Shown piece by piece: positions 57,968-64,000 of a stretch of 64,000 nucleotides of DNA; within the stretch, counting starts at the first letter, position 1; the number at the start of each line of letters is the position of its first letter. The notes beneath the pieces were generated by a model that was not told the origin of the DNA, did not search any database, and worked only from the letters and a program-made list of their open reading frames with translations. A program made the translations under genes and the position numbers. Source of the stretch: the human T2T-CHM13v2.0 reference genome, Homo sapiens; assembly GCF_009914755.1 (NCBI RefSeq), contig NC_060932.1, one strand, 5' to 3'.

Positions 57968-59669
57968 TGTTTTTGGTGACCAGTATAGTCTCAGAGTTTA
58001 GCAAAAGTAACTAAAGCTTGAGAGTCACATTATACTTCAGCTTTTATTGTTTTTATTATGATCCTTAGTTGTGTAGTTTTAAGACATTTTACCTCTTAAA
58101 AGAATTTTCAAAAAGATAAAAAAAAAAGAATTTTCAGAATTTACCTGTATATTGTTCTTTTGGTATGTGCTGCTTCTGGATGTTAATTTATTGAAAAATC
58201 CAAGTATGTCTTCACTTTCCTCTAATACCCTCTTTTATGCTCTTGCATCTTATAAATTGTATAAGATTTTAAAGCATTTATATTGGATTACAGCTACATA
58301 TTTGTTTTTTTAAGTCAATATCTTATAACAATTCCTACTAGAAGCCTGGTGAGGGAGAATATTTTTCTTCTTAACTGGAGCAAGTAGGTGCTAGGTTGGT
58401 CCATTTGTATTGTTTTTTATAAATTCGTTCATGGATATGCCCTATGTAGTGTGGTTTTTCACTTGATATGCTAACCTGAACATTTTATATGCCTTTTAAA
58501 ACTAATGTGTTGAGAGTTAGAAGAGAAGAAATGTACTTGATGTATGCTATTGAAACCAAAGCAATCTTAGATATAATAAAGGAACAATGTGGGTCAAAGG
58601 TATAGTTTATCTCAGCTCTCTCATTATGCAACTAGTTTTGACTGTTTTTGACATAGCACTTCCCTGTGCCTCCTTGCTGTTCACCCTTCATCACCTGGTA
58701 AGTTGTGCCTTTTTCTTACTGTGCAGTTACCTTAATATCCACTACTTTAACATGAAATTCTATAGGGTATCTTGCAGGTTGGAAGTTACCATTTTAGTTA
58801 AACCAAATTTGGGAAGAATTTCTCCCTTAGAAAGCTAATAATTTATTCTATGGTACCTGAGAGCAGTTCTAGGCCACAGGATGTAACCTATTATATATGA
58901 CCACTTACTGACTGAATATAAGAATATACCCCACTCTATTAGGCATTGTGAATCATTGACAAAAGAAGAAGGAGGGGGAAATTCGTTCGGTGGCTATAAA
59001 ATTTGAGGACAGGAGATTCCTGAGCATGAGATAAATTACTCTTGTCAGCAGAATAGCAAAAAGGCAGGAGGTGACAGGAGAGTGAAATTAGTGAAAAGCT
59101 CTTCGAGCCAGAGGGGAAAGTACTAGGAGACTCACCTCTTCTCTACTCGCTGCATATGGCATTCTACAGTGATAGACAACTCTTAACATGTTTCTTATCA
59201 AAAGTTTTCAAATGAGTTATATGTGAGCTTTTCATCTGTAGGAACATTGCTCAGGTGTGGAAATTAACCAGAGAAAGAAAGTTGACTTTAGGTATTCACT
59301 CTTCAGACACTTGGAATGTGTCTATTTCTGTGATTACTGGTAATTAACTTCTATTTCGGTGGTTTAGAACTCCCTGTACAGTTATTCTCAAATTAAGGTT
59401 GTGTTCGGTAACATTTTGCCTAATAAACAGAGACAGAGACAATTAGTTCTGAATATAGTATCCCACTAATTGAATTACCTCTATAAGAAATAATCTAGAT
59501 ATAAAATTTCTTAGGTTTCGAAGTAACATAGCTGCTAATAGGTGAAGATATGTTATATTGAGACTGATTTTCACCGTTACCTCATAGAAATCCATCATAG
59601 TATTTTGGAGTTATTAAATGTTGGGTTTTAATCAGACTTATAAAACTGTTACTGGGCCTTAATGTGCCT

Positions 59670-59945
59670 CTAGTGCAGCATTTTCAAGAGTTTGCCCCAT
59701 AATACTAATTAATCAGGATGTGAATAAGTATAATAGGAAAATAGGATTTTGTGGTCAAATAAGTTTGGGGAATGCTTGATTAAAAGAATTTCCTTAAAGA
59801 CTCCAAAGCCTTTAATGTGCTTTTATGCAATGTGATTCTCCAAAGGAAGAGGATATTCAGAAATGTTGTAAACTTAGTTAACTAGAACATCTCTCTGGAG
59901 GAGGGACTGATATTCTTCAGAACCCACTTTGGGAAGTGCTGCTGT
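59670..59945. mobile_element. Old hAT-Charlie MITE (MER112-like)
   Basis: gtggtcaaataagtttgggg...agcctttaatgtgc...cactttgggaagtgctg. Confidence 0.5.
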
Positions 59946-60757
59946 GGTTTCAACCCCCTAATTTTACGAAGGAGGCTGTGAGATAGGTCCAGCACTTTGT
60001 GGCAGAGTTTCTTGTGGCATCCAGAAAACTGGGAAGTATGTCGAACTCCCTTCCAAAATGAGCCTTAAAGATGTTTCCATGTTGAAGGTCAGGAAAGGGC
60101 CAGGCCCTTTCTCCATTGCATTACTCCAACAGTGAGGAAGGGACAGTTTTTAAAAACATGCGGTGAATGCTTAGTCTGTGTTTGAAGCAAAGAAGACCCC
60201 TCTGTGCAGTGATGATATGAGAAAAAGGAGAGAAGGAAATGTTTGAGAGGAAAAGAAGAGAGGGGCTTACAGAAGAGGCAGGAGACACACAGGAGCAGCA
60301 GAATGGGCAGGAAACGCATATGGACCTTTGAAGGGCCAGGCTGACCACAGCACTCCAGGTAGGTACTGAGGCGCCCAGTGTGATTATTAAACACCTTGGC
60401 CTCAGTGGCACCAGGCCATCCTAGCAGCTAATTCTTTGAATTACCCAAATGATATGAATGTTCCTTAACACAGCAAACTCCTGATTATTTCTGACATTGT
60501 AGATAGTCCACATACAGCATTAAACCTTTATTTTAGATGTCAATTTAACTTCCTTCCAACCTCACAATTTTCACGTAATTAATAAGTATTAAAAAGCTTG
60601 AGGTTTAGGCCTTTCCCCACTAATTGGCAGTGGTGCTGAATGGGCTAACTGCAGAAGAGAGATGGGGAAATAGACTGAACTGGGACTGGGGAATGGATCA
60701 GTAAATGTTAAAATTCAGTGTAAAATGAATGCATTTTTCAGCGTGGAGTTGAAAGCA

Positions 60758-61901
<1,144 letters not shown>

Positions 61902-63282
61902 TTAACGGTGAAATAGTTTGACAGAGACAATAAAAACGTGCATAGGAAATTCAGAGTAAGGGAAAAGAGTCTTTGCTTAAATTCTGGCTTTCATGCACTC
62001 TAACTCTGAGCCTCAGTTTCTTCTGAAAGTAGGGATGATAATTTAGGTCACAGAGTTTCATTAAGGATGAAAGTGATAGCATGAAAGCACCTAAAACAGT
62101 TCTGTCACACTAATTTATAAGGTTGCCTAGAACGTTCTGTAAAGAACTCATTTCTCTGGACCAAATTCAAATACTGTCTGAAAGGGAATTTCAAGTTAAA
62201 GTTTGGAGAGTAGAGTGGGCAGCAGGAAACCATCGGGAAAGGCTAGAGATGATGTTCCGAGATAGGCTGAAGGAAGGGCCTCTTTCCTCGGAAGGGGTTG
62301 GGGGTGGCTTGGGGTATGGAAGTTAGTGCTCATAGTCAGTGTTGTGACCAGAAAGGATTGTTCAGAATCAGGGGAACTGGGCCAATGCAGAGGCCAGTGA
62401 ACAATGTGACATTTGGCCAGCTGCATTTGAACTTCCCTGATAGTCACCCTCCCTATGTCTATAACAATGAAAAAGATACCGCACCCTTTAATATGTGATC
62501 ATTAATAGTGATGAGGGGGTCATTCTAGAGATAAGAACCAGACAACAAGTAAACATTCACAGTTTTTAATTCAGGAATAACTTTCAGTGTTTTCTTAGAC
62601 ATTTTATTTAAATGAAGACTGAGGAAATTCAGCCCTAAAATGTATTTCTCTCTGTGTACGAGTACACAATCATGCTGTTTATTAAACTATCTTGCTTACA
62701 TCTTTAAGTATTTTTTATTTACTTTATTAGTAACACTTATTTGAAAAAGTAATTGGGAGAGAAAAATGTGTTGGATTTATGCCTCTGATGTATCACATGC
62801 AGGTTGTCAGCTCTGGTTCAAGTGTGTAATCTCTATACATTGCTGACAAGCGAGAGAACGAGAAGGATATAAATGGAGAGTATGTGAATGGATTTTATTT
62901 TTTCAAGCCCCTGTGTGAGTTTGCAACTGTGCTGGTAAGGAAAAGTTCTTTCATTGTGCAGTGGAGCCAGTGCCCAGTGAACTGTCCTTGGGAGAATGGA
63001 GAGGATTTCTTTCCATTGTTTCTCTCTCACAGCATCAAGTTTCTGGTAATGGTGGCACTTTCCTTCTTTTGTGTTGTGGCCAGTGTGATATTTAAACCAC
63101 TAAAGCTTTAAGAATTTTATTTTTTTCTGGACTTCCTTTTTTAAAAAAAAAGTCTAATAATACAGCACTCTTTAGTGAAAATCATTATGTTTATTTATCT
63201 TGGGTTAGAGTAATGCAGTCAGTTATGAATAGTTTTAAATTTAATGATCTCTTTTATCCTTTATTTCATCTTCAAATTATCA

Positions 63283-63893
<611 letters not shown>

Positions 63894-64000
63894 CTATATG
63901 GAACAGAAGCCCACATGAAATACTAAATAGGAACTTTAAGTGGAATAAATTCTGGGTGTGCTCAAAGAGTTCTTCTCTTGCAAAATCAGAAATTGAATTT

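Overview
This is AT-rich, repeat-dense primate genomic DNA, almost certainly human. It lies inside NSMCE2 (MMS21/NSE2, the SUMO E3 ligase of the SMC5/6 complex), which is transcribed on the + strand. The window holds a 96-nt 5'UTR exon (3890-3985), the start-codon exon (4156-4326, ATG at 4170), a 48.7-kb intron and the next coding exon (53008-53114). Together the two coding exons encode residues 1-88. The promoter, first exon and SP-RING exons lie outside the window. The rest is intron filled with about 30 Alus, L1/L2/MIR remnants, MaLR LTRs and hAT/Tigger DNA transposons. Nearly all ORFs in the supplied track are Alu or L1 artefacts. The most interesting signals are: (1) the UTR exon and ATG exon are both phase-1 symmetric and stop-free in the coding frame, and they are bracketed by inverted Alus, so a back-spliced 267-nt circle would be an endless 89-codon ORF; (2) a U1-like element in the UTR exon can pair with its own donor; (3) a 60-bp gene-conversion tract between two inverted Alus; (4) candidate recursive-splice sites in the long intron; (5) a twin-primed L1PA insertion. 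Repeat subfamily names were assigned by eye and boundaries are approximate. No prokaryotic-type system is present.
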